A stretch of 64,000 nt of DNA, from positions 382,255 through 446,254 of the forward strand of contig NW_018404865.1 in the NCBI RefSeq assembly GCF_002113885.1. The letters run 5' to 3'. This document shows, in pieces, positions 34,570 through 48,400 of the stretch. Position 1 is the first letter of the stretch. Each line of letters begins with the position of its first letter. Source of the DNA: Mizuhopecten yessoensis. Lineage: Eukaryota. A program made the position numbers and the translations under genes. The notes beneath the pieces are model-generated. The model ran no database searches and was not told the origin of the DNA. It was given only the letters and a program-made list of their open reading frames with translations.

Positions 34570-35060
34570 AAAACCTCGGCTACTTTACAGAAAAACCTCA
34601 GCATAACACAAAACGTTTGTCACTTTAAAGACAAACCTAGACATAACACAACACGTTTTTCACTTTACAGAAAACCCTCGGCATAACGCATCACATTTGT
34701 CACTTAAAAGAAAAACCTCGATTTAACACATCATGTTTGTTACTTTACAGAAAAACCTCGACATAACACAACACGTTTGTCACTTTACAGAAAACCTCGA
34801 CATAACACAACACGTTTGTCACTTTACAGAAAAACCTCGACATAACACAACACGTTTGTCACTTTACAGAAAACCTTAACATTACGCACCAATTTTGTCA
34901 TTTTACAGAAAAACCTCGACATTAACACATCACGTTTATATGTACTCATAACACATCACGTTTGTTACTTTAAACCTCGACTTAACGCACCGCATTAGTT
35001 ACTATACAATTACATCTCGATATGACGTCCCCTTATTTGTCAGTTTACAGTCAAACTTCG
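34570..35060. repeat. 40-bp minisatellite (~12 copies)
   Basis: Unit AAAAACCTCGACATAACACAACACGTTTGTCACTTTACAG; a solo degenerate copy near 34190. Confidence 0.92.
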
Positions 35061-35951
35061 CTGTAACCCTCATGACATCATTTCTTTATTTCACTTTTTA
35101 ACAATTCCTTTGTTTATCATCATCTTTATTGTCAAAACCCTGTTAACTGCATTTTCTATGTTTGCTATGTAATTGAAGTGCATGTATAACGAGATTTAAC
35201 GGATTGTTTCACTGGCCAGGGAGTTGGATATTGAAAGGTCTCACAATGACGTCACAAATCAATTTGTCATTACGCCTTCTACATGTATTTATGACTTATC
35301 AATTCATTGCTGGTTCTTTTCCGAAAATTTCCCATTTATTTATTTATCACTTTAGATATTTTTCCATCGGAGTAAGTTGTACTTCTTTATAAACTGAAGT
35401 AAATATGAGCATCAGGTCTTGATTTCGAGAACTGATTTCAATTTTACAAAACACCTTCTTGTATATAGCATACGAGAGCTATACTAATCAGCTGTAATGT
35501 CAAAAATGAAACACACAAACATCTTCATGAGATTTCTAGACGTTTCCAATATGTCTCAATCACTTTACAACTATTTTAATTAAGCTATTTTTGAAACAAA
35601 AAGCGGTCCAGTCGTTCAGAGCATGGCTAACTTTAATTATTAAATTACTGGCACATGTTTCACTACATATTTTCAACGATATCAAATTCCTAAAATTTTA
35701 ACTGAAAAGGTATGGAGTCTACTTAACGACATGATCCTAATATTAAAAAAAAAAACATCGTTTGAAGAATTTGAAATTTATATATAATTTATATTAATTT
35801 GAAATAACGACTTCTTAAGTTGACAATTCTTAGAACAATACTTGTGACTGTACAGTGGGCTGTTCTGGCGGTGCATTGTGGGTCGTTCTCGCGTTTATGA
35901 CAGATTTATTGCCCTACTAGATAAACATGACATCCGTTTATTAATTACAAG

Positions 35952-35959
35952 TATATAAA
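35952..35959 (+). promoter_or_regulatory. Candidate TATA box of gene 3
   Basis: TATATAAA followed ~28 nt later by Inr-like TAGTC; ~480 nt upstream of the ATG at 36436. Confidence 0.4.
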
Positions 35960-36435
35960 AACAATGCATACAGGTAAAATAGTCGTATCTGCTAATGGCT
36001 CGAGCCTGACACATTTCGACGTTAGCTGCGAACTAGAAAGGTTTCCGTTGTTCACACCACGCTATCTATCCGTTATAGACAAAAAATATCCAAATTGATA
36101 CCTCGCAAAGACCGTCAGTGTTGGTACAAATGTTCTTCATTCGCGCCACCTAGGACGACAGACAGACACTGTTAGATCTATAGAGAGCCGTATCATATCG
36201 GCACTAAGGAAACTTCAAAAACAGTTTTAAACATTTCTAAATGGATTTTTCTCTTTTCTCCTGAAAACTGCCGTTTTAATATTTTTCAGGAAAGTAATAC
36301 TTAACTTTTGTTTTCTACCATCAACAGGACATATAATCTGATTGACATTCAAGAATTTGTGAGGTGGTTTTATATCTGGATGCATATTAAGACGTTTTTT
36401 AAATTGGATTAGAAAAGACATTTTTACAAGAGATT

Positions 36436-36487
36436 ATGGAGAAAGTAACGATACGTTTTCTCGCCGTTTCCTTTGTGCTGTTTCTAT
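36436..36487 (+). CDS. Gene 3 exon 1: N-terminal part of signal peptide
   Basis: attATGG; MEKVTIRFLAVSFVLFL; donor T|GTAAGT, phase 1. Confidence 0.78.
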
Positions 36488-39400
36488 GTAAGTATTGTTT
36501 TGATATTTACTTCCATTTCAGCTTATATAGGACATTAATTTTCAAAATATTGTAATTATTTTATTTTGATAAGGTTTTGTTTCTTCCATGATAATTTTCT
36601 ATTGTATTCCCCACAACAAACCAGTTGATGTAATATTAGAAATTGTAAAAAAATGTATGTATTTACTAGTATATCGTTTTAATTTTCAACTTTAAGATGA
36701 TGAAATGATTATCGAATCCGGAATTAATTGTCTTGGCCAGGTTTCATTTTACAACTTACAAAGCAATGTTGATATTTCGTTTGACTTCCAAAGGTTCCCA
36801 GGGTGAAACTGACAGAGAAACTTTAAACATATTCATTTTCATTCAACTTTTTTACCTTTTGTTTCCTTTTCATTATTATTATTTTTTGATAAAATAATTT
36901 TGGTCCCATTCAAAAAGTTCTGGTCCATAAAAAGAATTGAAAGTAAGAAAAAGGAAACGTGACATGGCGTCTGGTCCAGGAAATATGTTCTAGGCGTTTA
37001 CGAAACGAGAATACCGCTGATGCAGAGTAAAATGTACCTTGCGCATGCGCCGTCCACAAACACTTTATTGACGTTTTCAGTTCATTTAGATGATTTAACT
37101 TTACGTAATTTACTCAACTTTTTATTTTACCTGTTTATTAAAACAAAAAGGTATTTTTATTATTATTCTAGCACGCCCCAGGTTTAACAGTAGATAATTC
37201 AGTATATATATATCTTAGTAATTTTATCCCTTAAAGCGCCACTTCTTTATTTCTCTTCAAGTTATAAGAATTCCTTAATGTGTTTCTGAAATATTATAAC
37301 TTATTTTGACAAATAAATCTGAAAACCTTGAACGCCATGGATAAATTGTATAAATGAGGAAAGTCCATCGATTAAACCTGTTGGTAGACGCGCTGCGAAA
37401 CCGAATATACCTGAAAATTTAACACAAGGGTAGGTACCTGACCAATCAGATGTTTCGGTTGCCTTGTTATAGTACGATTCGAGTCGATGTCCTGTCCGTA
37501 TGAATTACACATATTAAGACCAATTGTGTTGTCAAAAATATTTTCAGGGTTTTCCATCAATTATACACAAACATTTTTTTACACGATTTATCTGCTAGGA
37601 AAATAAACCTATTTATCAGTTTAGCAAAATATGACTCTGTTCTCTAAACCTGACTGTGTAATGAACAAATGTCAACTAAGAAATATTTATTCGGGGCCAT
37701 GTAGTGATTTTGTTTCCTTGTATTACTCAGCACTTGATCCCATTTGACCTTTTGTGTTGACGGGTCGTTTTAACGTTACAAACGACCAACACGTAAGTTT
37801 GTGTGGGGAGCCTGAAGCCTTTGTAAGCCTTCGAGATTGTTGTCGCGTTTACCATTACACAAAGTCGGTACGCTGGTGTGAGATACTTGATGCTTTGTTA
37901 AACCTTTATGAATGATCGCGACAAGTGAGCTTGAGAGATTGTAGTCTTTTGAACATGAGAGACTTGCTGCTTTGTAAAACCCTTACCAATGGACGCGACA
38001 CGTTAGCTTGAGCGATTGTAGTCTTTTGAACTATTACAAACAGCCGGTACGTTCGTGTGAGAGACTAGATGCTTTGTAAAACCTTTACAAATGGAGGCTC
38101 TTTTGAACTATTACAAACAGCCGGTGCGTTTGTGTGAGAGACTAGATGCTTTGTAAAACCTTTACAAATGGGGGCTACACGTTAGCTTGAGAGATTGTAG
38201 TGTTTTGAACTATTACAAACAGTCGATATGTAATTATTAATAATGATAATAATTTGATGTTCATATATACCGCTTTATCACAACATAGATCGTAGGTCGT
38301 CTCAAAAAGGTTCGCAAATTACTATCCGTGGTTATAGGGCCTTTACAACCAAACAATATCTTTCTCAACTCCCTGGGGGAGCATACAGCCGGTGCTGCCA
38401 CTTCGGCACTCACAGCTAGCATTCAACAATTCCAGTACTGCCCAAAGTATGAGACTACAATAGTAGATGCGTTAAAAAACCTTTACGAATGGACGCGACA
38501 CGTTAGCTTGAGTGATAGATTGTAATATTTTGAACCATTACAAAACGTCGGTACGTTGGTGTGACTTTGGTTTCTTTTGTTTAACGTCCTATTAACATCT
38601 AAGACCATTTAAGGACGTGTCTCCATGTGTGTTGTGTATGCGTGTATGTGTGCCGGAGGCGGGGTATATTGGTGTATTTGCCTCCTTGTGATAGCACGGA
38701 TCTGATGCCATCTTTTTAGTGCTTAAACCTTACTGAAATGCCATGCCGAAGGCACCCAGCACAGCATTCCGTCCAGTTACTCCATACCGACAACGGGTGA
38801 ACCAGTTGTTGCCATTCCTCTAAATGCTTGACGTTAAGCAGGGAATAACAGCTACCATTTTTCAGGACGCTGTTGTGTCTCGGCATTCGAGCAGAACCCA
38901 TTGCCCTCCTCACCTGGGTGAATGTTCAGCATTAACGCCAAAATTGCCAAGCAAAGCGCTAGTAAACAAAAAGTAATTAGAAGCAGAGAGAAACCACCAA
39001 TATTGCAATGGGGGGGGGGGGGGGGGCACTAGATTAGTTGTAGTTTCTGCAATGTCCCTATAGTTGAAGAACAGAGAAGAAATATCCCGATTCTGCAGTG
39101 GCCTCACATACGTCGCCTTTTACGATATGAAGTGGGATATAGCAGGTATACTCCTACCTCGAACTTGCAGGGGGTGTCTTAATTTATACTGTAAGTCAAA
39201 AAAACTAGCGTAAAATACGAACAAAAACAAGAATTACACGGAGACCAATGAAAAAGTAAAGGAGAATACGACCATGTGTTCCGGAAGGGTAAGCGTCTTT
39301 GGCTTCATCGGCAACACCGCCATGGCTAAATCATAGTAATGTTCCATGTGTTGAATTTAGAACTTTGCTCTGCATACCACAAGCACTGATAATACAAGGG

Positions 39401-42400
39401 CTAATTTGAATCTTATTTTTTGATAATTAAATCCTTTTCAAGGGATATAAATCTAATGGTACATTGTGTAAGGCCTTTACAACCGTCAACAGATGACGGA
39501 TGTATAAGAAACCCCGAAACAAACAGTCGTAAATATAACCATGTCATTAATTAATTATGTGTATTAAGTATATGTCAGTAACATCTAGTGAGATCCTGTT
39601 TCATACGTATGTACGTGTCACCCCAACCTGTTAACTTTGATGTTTATGAACAAGGTCGGAATAAAAATGTAATAACTATGTCAGACATGTAAACCTGGCC
39701 ATGGCTTGTTCACCACGCATTATTAGCTTGATAGGAAATTTAGACTCGAAACATAATTGTCTAAATGCATTTTCCAACACTTTTTTTAAAGACTGTTTCT
39801 TTATATTCATAATTGCCAATTCATTCATAGTCTATATTGAAATGTATTGTTTTGCTAGTTTTTAAAACGTTTTTGCAAAGATTTTTTAATTAAATTAAGC
39901 GGAGCGTCATTAGTCTTGTCATCATTGCTTCAACTTTGCCATGAATTTTGCACTTTTTATCACGTTTTCATCACTAAAAGTATACTTACAGATTTCAAAG
40001 TTATGCGGTAAAAAAAGGCAAATAAAAAACAACTTAAAACGTTTAGAAATCTTATAGAAAAAATATTTTATTTTCAGTTTAGGACACATTAAGCTGACCA
40101 AACTTTGATGAACGGCATTGTAAACATAATTAAATCCCACACCTTAATTAAGTCCTACCGCAAAAATGAAAGGTGCATATATGGGCATAGAGACGGATTA
40201 CGTAGTATTTGGAGAAGTCGTTATTAATATTACGTATATTTTGGGCGTATATTTAAATTTTTGTATGATTCATTTAAATATTTCATGCTCATTTGACGTT
40301 TCTCCATAACTTTGCAGAAACATGTACTATCCGATACCTGTTACGAAACTTGTTATTGTCACGTGAATAATAAACATCTTAAATAAATAAAGAAAAAAGA
40401 GGCCGCCAACCCCAAACCCCAACCCTTCCTCTGATGATAATTAGTTCCGACTATGCACTAGATGAAGGTCATCGTGGCAAGCGTCACTCAAAATCTCGTG
40501 ACGTCACAAAATAATATGTTGATCAAAAACAAATAAATATAAGTGTTCAGTATGGGGATAGACTGATATCACGACTTTCGTGTTATTAACACACCCTTTA
40601 TCAATCAGTAATGACAGTTACACTTTCCAGTGAATTATAATGACGTCACAGTAATCCTACATATGACGTCACTGACCTGTAGATAAGATTTCTCAATGAA
40701 TACGACGCCGTATTGGTCATAAATGCGTAGCAGGAAAACATGTTTGTTACTTGAGCAAAATAAACAGCTCGTGCACTATTGCTGCGCTAATGCTCATCTT
40801 CACAACGTAGATTTCCTAGTAAAGTCAGTGAATATGGATATAAATATATTCATACATTTTTTTATTGTTTCAATAAAGCCATTTCACCTAGTCGGTGTTC
40901 ATTTATTCGAAACTCGATTTTTTAAAGTATTTATGACGAAACTAACGAAACATGTTATACTTAAATGATATTTCAAGCTGACAACACTGTCATTGTTTAC
41001 AATCTGTCTCTACCAATACGTAGTGTATTGGTCATTGACAGTACTGTCATAAAACGGCCAATTACTTGGCCAATTCCTTATCAATAACATAAATGGTCAG
41101 TGTCCGCTGAGCGTTTGTAACGGCTGTGTGACGCTACACGTGTGTGATGGCCGAAATATCATTATACTGTGACATTAATGGTAAACATCCATGTACTAAT
41201 GAACCTGTACAAGTTATAGCTTCATTAATGATATGCACATTATAGGACAATACCACATTTACCGCCCCAATGGTACGTGTAACATCGTGTTGTATTCCTG
41301 TTTAAATAGACATGGAAATGCATAAATAGCCGAAAATACTGATTGATTAAACAACATGATTTAATTAAATATGTTGTCTGAAAACTGTACATTTGACAAT
41401 ATAAAATTCCGGATATTTTGTACAGCCATTTTCTAAAATTACAATCTCCACAAATCCGGATATTATGTAATAATTTGCTTTGTATGTTAGTCTTGATGAA
41501 ACAATAAAATGGAGACATGCCGCTGAAACTACTAGCCTATGTTTAATATGTCTGATTGCTACAATCGAGTGACCAGCTTCTGAGCCTTTAAACGAATCAG
41601 AGCACAATTAATAACAGTGGTTTTTATTTATTGCTAATACCGCAAGTCTTCATTTTTACAAATCAGTCAAGTGTGTAATCGCTTCACAATGTCAGCAAGT
41701 CAGTCTCGTTGTCATGATTGAACGACGCCATTACGTGCGCAGTTTCTGTGTCCGTTTGTTTCTAGCACATACTCATTGCGGAATGCGTGCGGCGATAAAC
41801 AGGTACATCACAGAAACCGGTCCTCTAACGATATACGCTATCTTATTGGAGTTTAAGCTTGTCCTGAGAAATATGCACTAGAGCGGTGACTGTAAATGGT
41901 TGATCGCATGCATGACAATACGGCTGGTCTTCCTCATGCAAAATGTAACCATGTGTGATGTAGATATGGCCTATGCGCAGTCGCGAGAGGACAAGCCAAG
42001 GAACATTTGAAAGGACAGTCTGAAAGCTAGATATCAGAACAGTTCGAAAACTGGGTTTGATTGCTTAACTTGAGAGGTCTTCCGGATAGCCCTTTCTGAA
42101 ACCCTGATGTAAGAGTTCTGTCTCAGGGGTCTGTTAGGATTTTGACACCAGAGTTTTGAATGGAAGTTCTTTCTGAAACTTTGACAAAAAAAATCAGTCT
42201 GGAGCTCGGTCATAATGCTTCATCTTAGAGTTCGGATTGCAAGCTGGAAATAGTATATATCTAACTGTATTTGCAATGTTAATGTTTACGGGTAAGATAT
42301 TGGGACAGAAGCAACACTTGTGTATTATTGGTCCAATACGGGGCCTCCGTAGGGGAGTCGCCAAGTACTGGCCACAGGTCGGTGGATTTAATTTACTACT

Positions 42401-45400
42401 TGTACTCCGGTTTGCATGCACCAACAAAACTTGGAACATCCTTTAATGACAGAATATGTTAATAGGACGAATGGCACAAACCAATAGGCCAAATCCGCGA
42501 CAAGCGTCAGTTTCGACCCTAAACTTTGCAGCCATGGACATCATTTCCGCACTGCCGCCTTCCCCCTCCCTACATACTGATCAAATCTATCATTCTTTAT
42601 AAGCAAAAAACAGGTTTGAGGAACATTCCACAAAACCTATTCCGTCTTTGCGTATTGCAGAGTTATCTTCTCTTGGGAGCAGGTATTGATTGTTACGTCA
42701 TTGGTTTGTGTGAGAAAATTACGTCGTTTTCTCAAAAATTGATGACGTTACTCTCGCAAACAAGTGACGTAACAATCAATACCTGTCCCAAGAGAAGATA
42801 ACTCTGCAATACGCAAAGACGGAATTGGCATAAATAAATCAAATTCCTTGAATATAAATCATAAGCTGACACTTACTCAAAAATGTCAAATAGATGAAAA
42901 TCTTGTCGTTTGTCAATCATAAATGCATAAATTTCAATGTAGGTGATCAATCTTGTATTTTAATTTAAAATTTTGTATATTTTGCATAAATATTCTAATC
43001 ATTTAACTCATTTAAAGATATTGTTATATGTACTAATCCTCTCCTATCATATTGGCACGTGAAACATATAGACGTGACTTAGATTTATCATACTTATAGC
43101 ATTAATGCTGTATGAAATCTAAACGTGTTAATTTTAGGACGGATTTTATAATAAAGAAGTTTTCAAACGACTTTCCATCACATGTAATGTGAATGAATGC
43201 AATAGGCTCGAGTACGCATGTGGCTACACATTTTTTTGTCAAATTGTTGTTTAATGTAATTTAAGCATTTAAAAAGCGGACTGTCTTTTCAGTAAAGCGA
43301 TTTTTTTATATCCAGAATGTTAACTTTAGGTCGAGAATAAATAACGAAAACCCCCGTTGTAGCTTTACAAGATGCAAGCGTTTATCAGATATCAGATAAC
43401 AATGGGACAAGTTTGTAATCCAGCAAGTTCGGAATATCATTCGAAATCACAAAAGTGGAGATTTGTCATACTTTATGACATCACAGCTGATGATATTTAC
43501 ATACTTATTATATGTAATGTTATTACACTGTAAATCAGCTAATTTATATGACAACACATTTATTGTTTTTAGTGAAAATATCTGTAGCCGTTGACTTGTA
43601 TTCTCAGTTGTATCTGTTATTCAAAAAACACATTGTTTTCGTTTAAGAACTTACAACAATTAAAGATTGGAACTCATACATTTTTAAGACGGCAATATTT
43701 GTATACGCTACGTAAAACCCTCAAATGTGTCTGCAATATATACATGAGGTCTGATAGCGCAGTATTTTTAGATGACAGAACTTCCTTATAGTAAAAAAAA
43801 AACGGCCACCAGTCAAATGGGTCCGTATCCGGTTGTAACAGTGTATTACATTGTTGTATGTGTCTGTCAGTGTGTCGTCTCAGCACCTATTGGTCACAAT
43901 CTCCCGCCACATTTGACCAGTGGTTAACGAACCTGGCTATCCCATTAACGTGGCCTTAGGCCATGTGATGAGCGTGCAATGGTCGGTAGGTTAATTAGTC
44001 TTGACCGTTACTGTGTTACATTTACTTTAACTAAAGAGTGTCGCAAATGATCAGTTTGTAGCACGATTGACCATTACTATCATGCACATACATGCTACAT
44101 TATAAGGTGTGTAAGGACGGTCTATGGTCAGCAAAGCTTGACCTTTATCAAACCTAGCATAAGCTATAATGAAAAGTGTGAGAAATGGCCTATGGTCAAC
44201 AGACTTGACAGCGCTATACTAATGCTGCTTGCACATGGACATTATAACGCACGACAGAAATAGTCAATGAATACCAGACTTGACCGTTGATATACTAATG
44301 CTGTACGGACAGTATAATACACGTTAGAAGTGGTCAATGAACAGCAGACTTGACCGTTGATATACTAATGCGGTACGGACAGTATAAGGGACGTTAGAAG
44401 TGGTCAATGAACAGCAGATTTGACCGTTGATATACTAATGCTGTACGGACAGTATAATGCACGTTAGAAGTGGTCAATGAACGGCAGACTTGACCGTTGA
44501 TATACTAATGCTGTACGGACAGTATAAGGTAGGTTAGAAGTGGTCAATGACGACCAGACTTAACCGTTGATATACAAATGCTGTACGGCCAGTATAAGGC
44601 ACGTTAAAAGTGGTCAATGAACGGAAGACTTGACCGTTGATATACTAATGCTGTACGGACAGTATAAGGGGCGTTAGAATGGGTCAATGAACAGCAGACT
44701 TGACCGTTGATATACAAATGCTGTACGAACAGTATAAGACACGTTAGAAGTGGCCAATGAACAGCAGACTTGACCGTTGATATACAAATGCTGTACGAAC
44801 AGTATAAGACACGTTAGAAGTGGCCAATGAACAGCAGACTTGACCGTTGATATACAAATGCTGTACGGACAGTATAAGGCACGTTAGAAGTGGTCAATAA
44901 AGACCAGACTCGACCGTTGATATACTAATGCTGTACGGACAGTATATTACTATCATGCACATACATGCTACATTATAAGGTGTGTAAGGACGGTCTATGG
45001 TCAGCAAAGCTTGACCTTTATCAAACCTAGCATATGCTATAATGAAAAGTGTGAGAAATGGCCTATGGTCAACAGACTTGACAGAGATATACTAATGCTG
45101 CTTGCACATGGACATTATAACGCACGACAGAAATGGTCAATGAATACCAGACTTGACCATTGATATACTAATGCTGTACGGACAGTATAAGGGGCGTTAG
45201 AATGGGTCAATGAACAGCAGACTTGACCGTTGATATACAAATGCTGTACGGACAGTATAAGGCACGAAGGAAATGGTCAATGAAGACCAAGTATAATGCA
45301 CGTTAGAAGTGGTCAATGAACGGCAGACTTGACCGTTGATATACTAATGCGGTACGGACAGTATAAGGCAGGTTAGAAGTGGTCAATGACGACCAGACTT

Positions 45401-48400
45401 AACCGTTGATATACAAATGCTGTACGGCCAGTATAAGGCACGTTAAAAGTGGTCAATGAACAGCAGACTTGACCGTTGATATACAAATGCTGTACGGACA
45501 GTATAAGACACGTTAGAAGTGGCCAATGAACAGCAGACTTGACCGTTGATATACTATTGCTGTACGGACAGTATAAGGCACGTTAGAAGTGGTCAATGAC
45601 GACCAGACTCAACCGTTGATATACTAATGCTGTACGGACAGTATAATGCCCGTTACAAGTGGCCAATGAACAGCAGACTTGACCGTTGATATACTAATGC
45701 TGTACGGACAGTATAAGGGGCGTTAGAATGGGTCAATGAACAGCAGACTTGACCGTTGATATACAAATGCTGTACGGACAGTATAAGGCACGAAGGAAAT
45801 GGTCAATGAAGACCAGAGTTGACCGTTGATATACAAATGCTGTACGGACAGTATAAGGCACGTTTGAAGTGGTCAAAGAAGACCAGACTTGACAGTTGAT
45901 ATACTAATGCTGTACGGACAGTATAAGGGACGTTAGAAGTGGTCAATGAACAGCAGATTTGACCGTTGATATACTAATGCTGTACGGACAGTATAAGGCA
46001 CGAAGGAAATGGTCAATGAAGACCAGACTTGACCGTTGATACACAAATGCTGTACGAACAGTATAAGGCACGTTAGAAGTGGTCAATGAAGACCAGACTT
46101 GACCGTTGATACACAAATGCTGTACGAACAGTATAAGGATTGATATACTAATGCTGTACGTACAGTATAAGGCACGTTAGAAGTGGCCAATGAACAGCAG
46201 ACTTGACCGTTGATATACAAATGGTGTACGGACAGTATAAGGCACGTTAAAAGTAGTCAATGAACAGCAGACTTGACCGTTGATATACTAATGCTGTACG
46301 GACAGTATAAGGCACGTTAGAAGTGGTCAATGAACAGCAGACTTGACCGTTGATATACTAATGCTGTACAGACAGTATAATGCACGTTAGAAGTGGTCGA
46401 TGAGCAGCAGACTTGACTGTTACCATATTACTGCTTTTTAACGATTTTGATTTTTTAAAACGTTTACGTGGCCACTGTTTGTAAATCTCATTATTTTATT
46501 TTTTTAATCACGAAGAAAATATGTAGATATAGTCATTCCAAAAAATACTCATTATTAACGTTTTTAAGCTTTCACAAAAATCATTTAACTTATAAACATA
46601 TCCCTTTAACAATCAGTCCGAGCTGTATAATATAGTATCAAACGTATTGCAAACAGATGTTCGATAACTTTCAAAATATCACATTTTTCCGGAGAAATGA
46701 CTCCGGACACCAACACGATTATTAATCGTAATTGTTTACTGATTCATCAAAGAAGATATATCAGTATGAATCACAAACGGCGTAAGAAACCAATATCTGT
46801 CATATTGACATATATGACGTCAAAACATTCCATAAAGAGCATATCGATTTTTTACGAACTTATTTTCTATGAAACTCTCGCTGATTGGTTGATTAAATGG
46901 TAAATGAATCGTGTGTTGGTTCTGGCCAAACACACGTGGTTAACACGTGACCAGATAACTGAAGCACCAAACCAAAGCGTTTCACTACATGTCAGTGGTT
47001 AAAAGCCTAGTTCGCATATTGTCGCACAGTTCCGCATAAAACAAAAAACGCACGTATCTGATTGGTTCAAAATCTGTAATGATAATGTAACAACATCGCT
47101 GATAGGTCAAAAGTTAATCGATAAAAAGTTCTGGAAATAAAAATGACCCATGCTCTGGTATGCAGACATGGAATATCCCTCTGCGCACTACACATATACG
47201 TGTGTGTTTACATGGACCGCACTAGGTTGCATGACCTGTTTCTGTTTACAGTACTAAACATATATTGTTAATACTTGTTTGTATCATACCTTTTTGTACT
47301 GCTTTCGGAGTAGAATACCCATACGGAATTTGGTAGAAAGGGGAACATTAGTTAAGATGAATCAACAGAAATATTTGCCATTGTATTCTCTGTTCTTCAT
47401 GTGCTATCTGAAATTGTCACCCTAGATATATTGATCGTTTACATTGACTTTGCAAGGTGTTAGCTGGAACTTCTGTTGTTTTTTCGGATTTAAAACTAAA
47501 CGATCACCGTAGGTTGGGAAGCAGGAATGTTACTATCGAGGAGGGGAAACTTGCTTATCATACAGCTTAGTAGTAAGCCACCATCATTATATAATGTTAG
47601 AATAAATTACTTATATGATAAGTCTGTAATACCATTGAATTACAGTAAAGTATGGTCAATAAAATCGAAATGGTTAAGTCAATTTTTGTTTTTCAAAAAC
47701 AATTCATTACCTATAAATCTAAAAAAAAGAAAAATTGAAGTACTTTGTTACCTGACCTGAACAATTCTTCGACAATTAATAAAAGAACGAAACAAACCTT
47801 TTGTTTAAGGTAGGATTTTTTAGTTTCATGGGTATGCCATACGTTTGCTGAGTTATCTTACAACTGCATTCCGCATAGATATTGTCAACCAGGATATCTT
47901 TAACATTAAATCATGCATGGTAGGGGGAATGGCACCAGTACCTTAGGTCAAAAATATATTAATTCTTATCTATCAAATTTTATGTTTTCTGAACGCCTAA
48001 GAGGAAAAATTTGGAATGTTATTGATTGAGAAAAAGTGTTCGTCATAATATTTTCGTGTTTACGGGGGACACGACTTGACAGCACTAAAGCAGCTTTGTT
48101 TACGACAAACGTTAATACAACGGACACACGCAAAAACCACTGTGACGCCACACTACGTCACAACAGTTCAATAAAGTAAAACAGATATTCATCATTTCTT
48201 AATGATGTATCGTCAAAGATATTTTTCGGCAGGTGAGTGATTAATAGAGAAAGGTGACGAAGCTTCTTAGGTTAACCAGATCTAAGTCATAGTTCTTCTA
48301 AACCGCATATATATATATTTGTGTATGAGGGTGTGTGGTTGATACGTAAAAAACAACGTACGACGTCGAATTTAAAATCAGTAGAGATAATCGGCAATAC

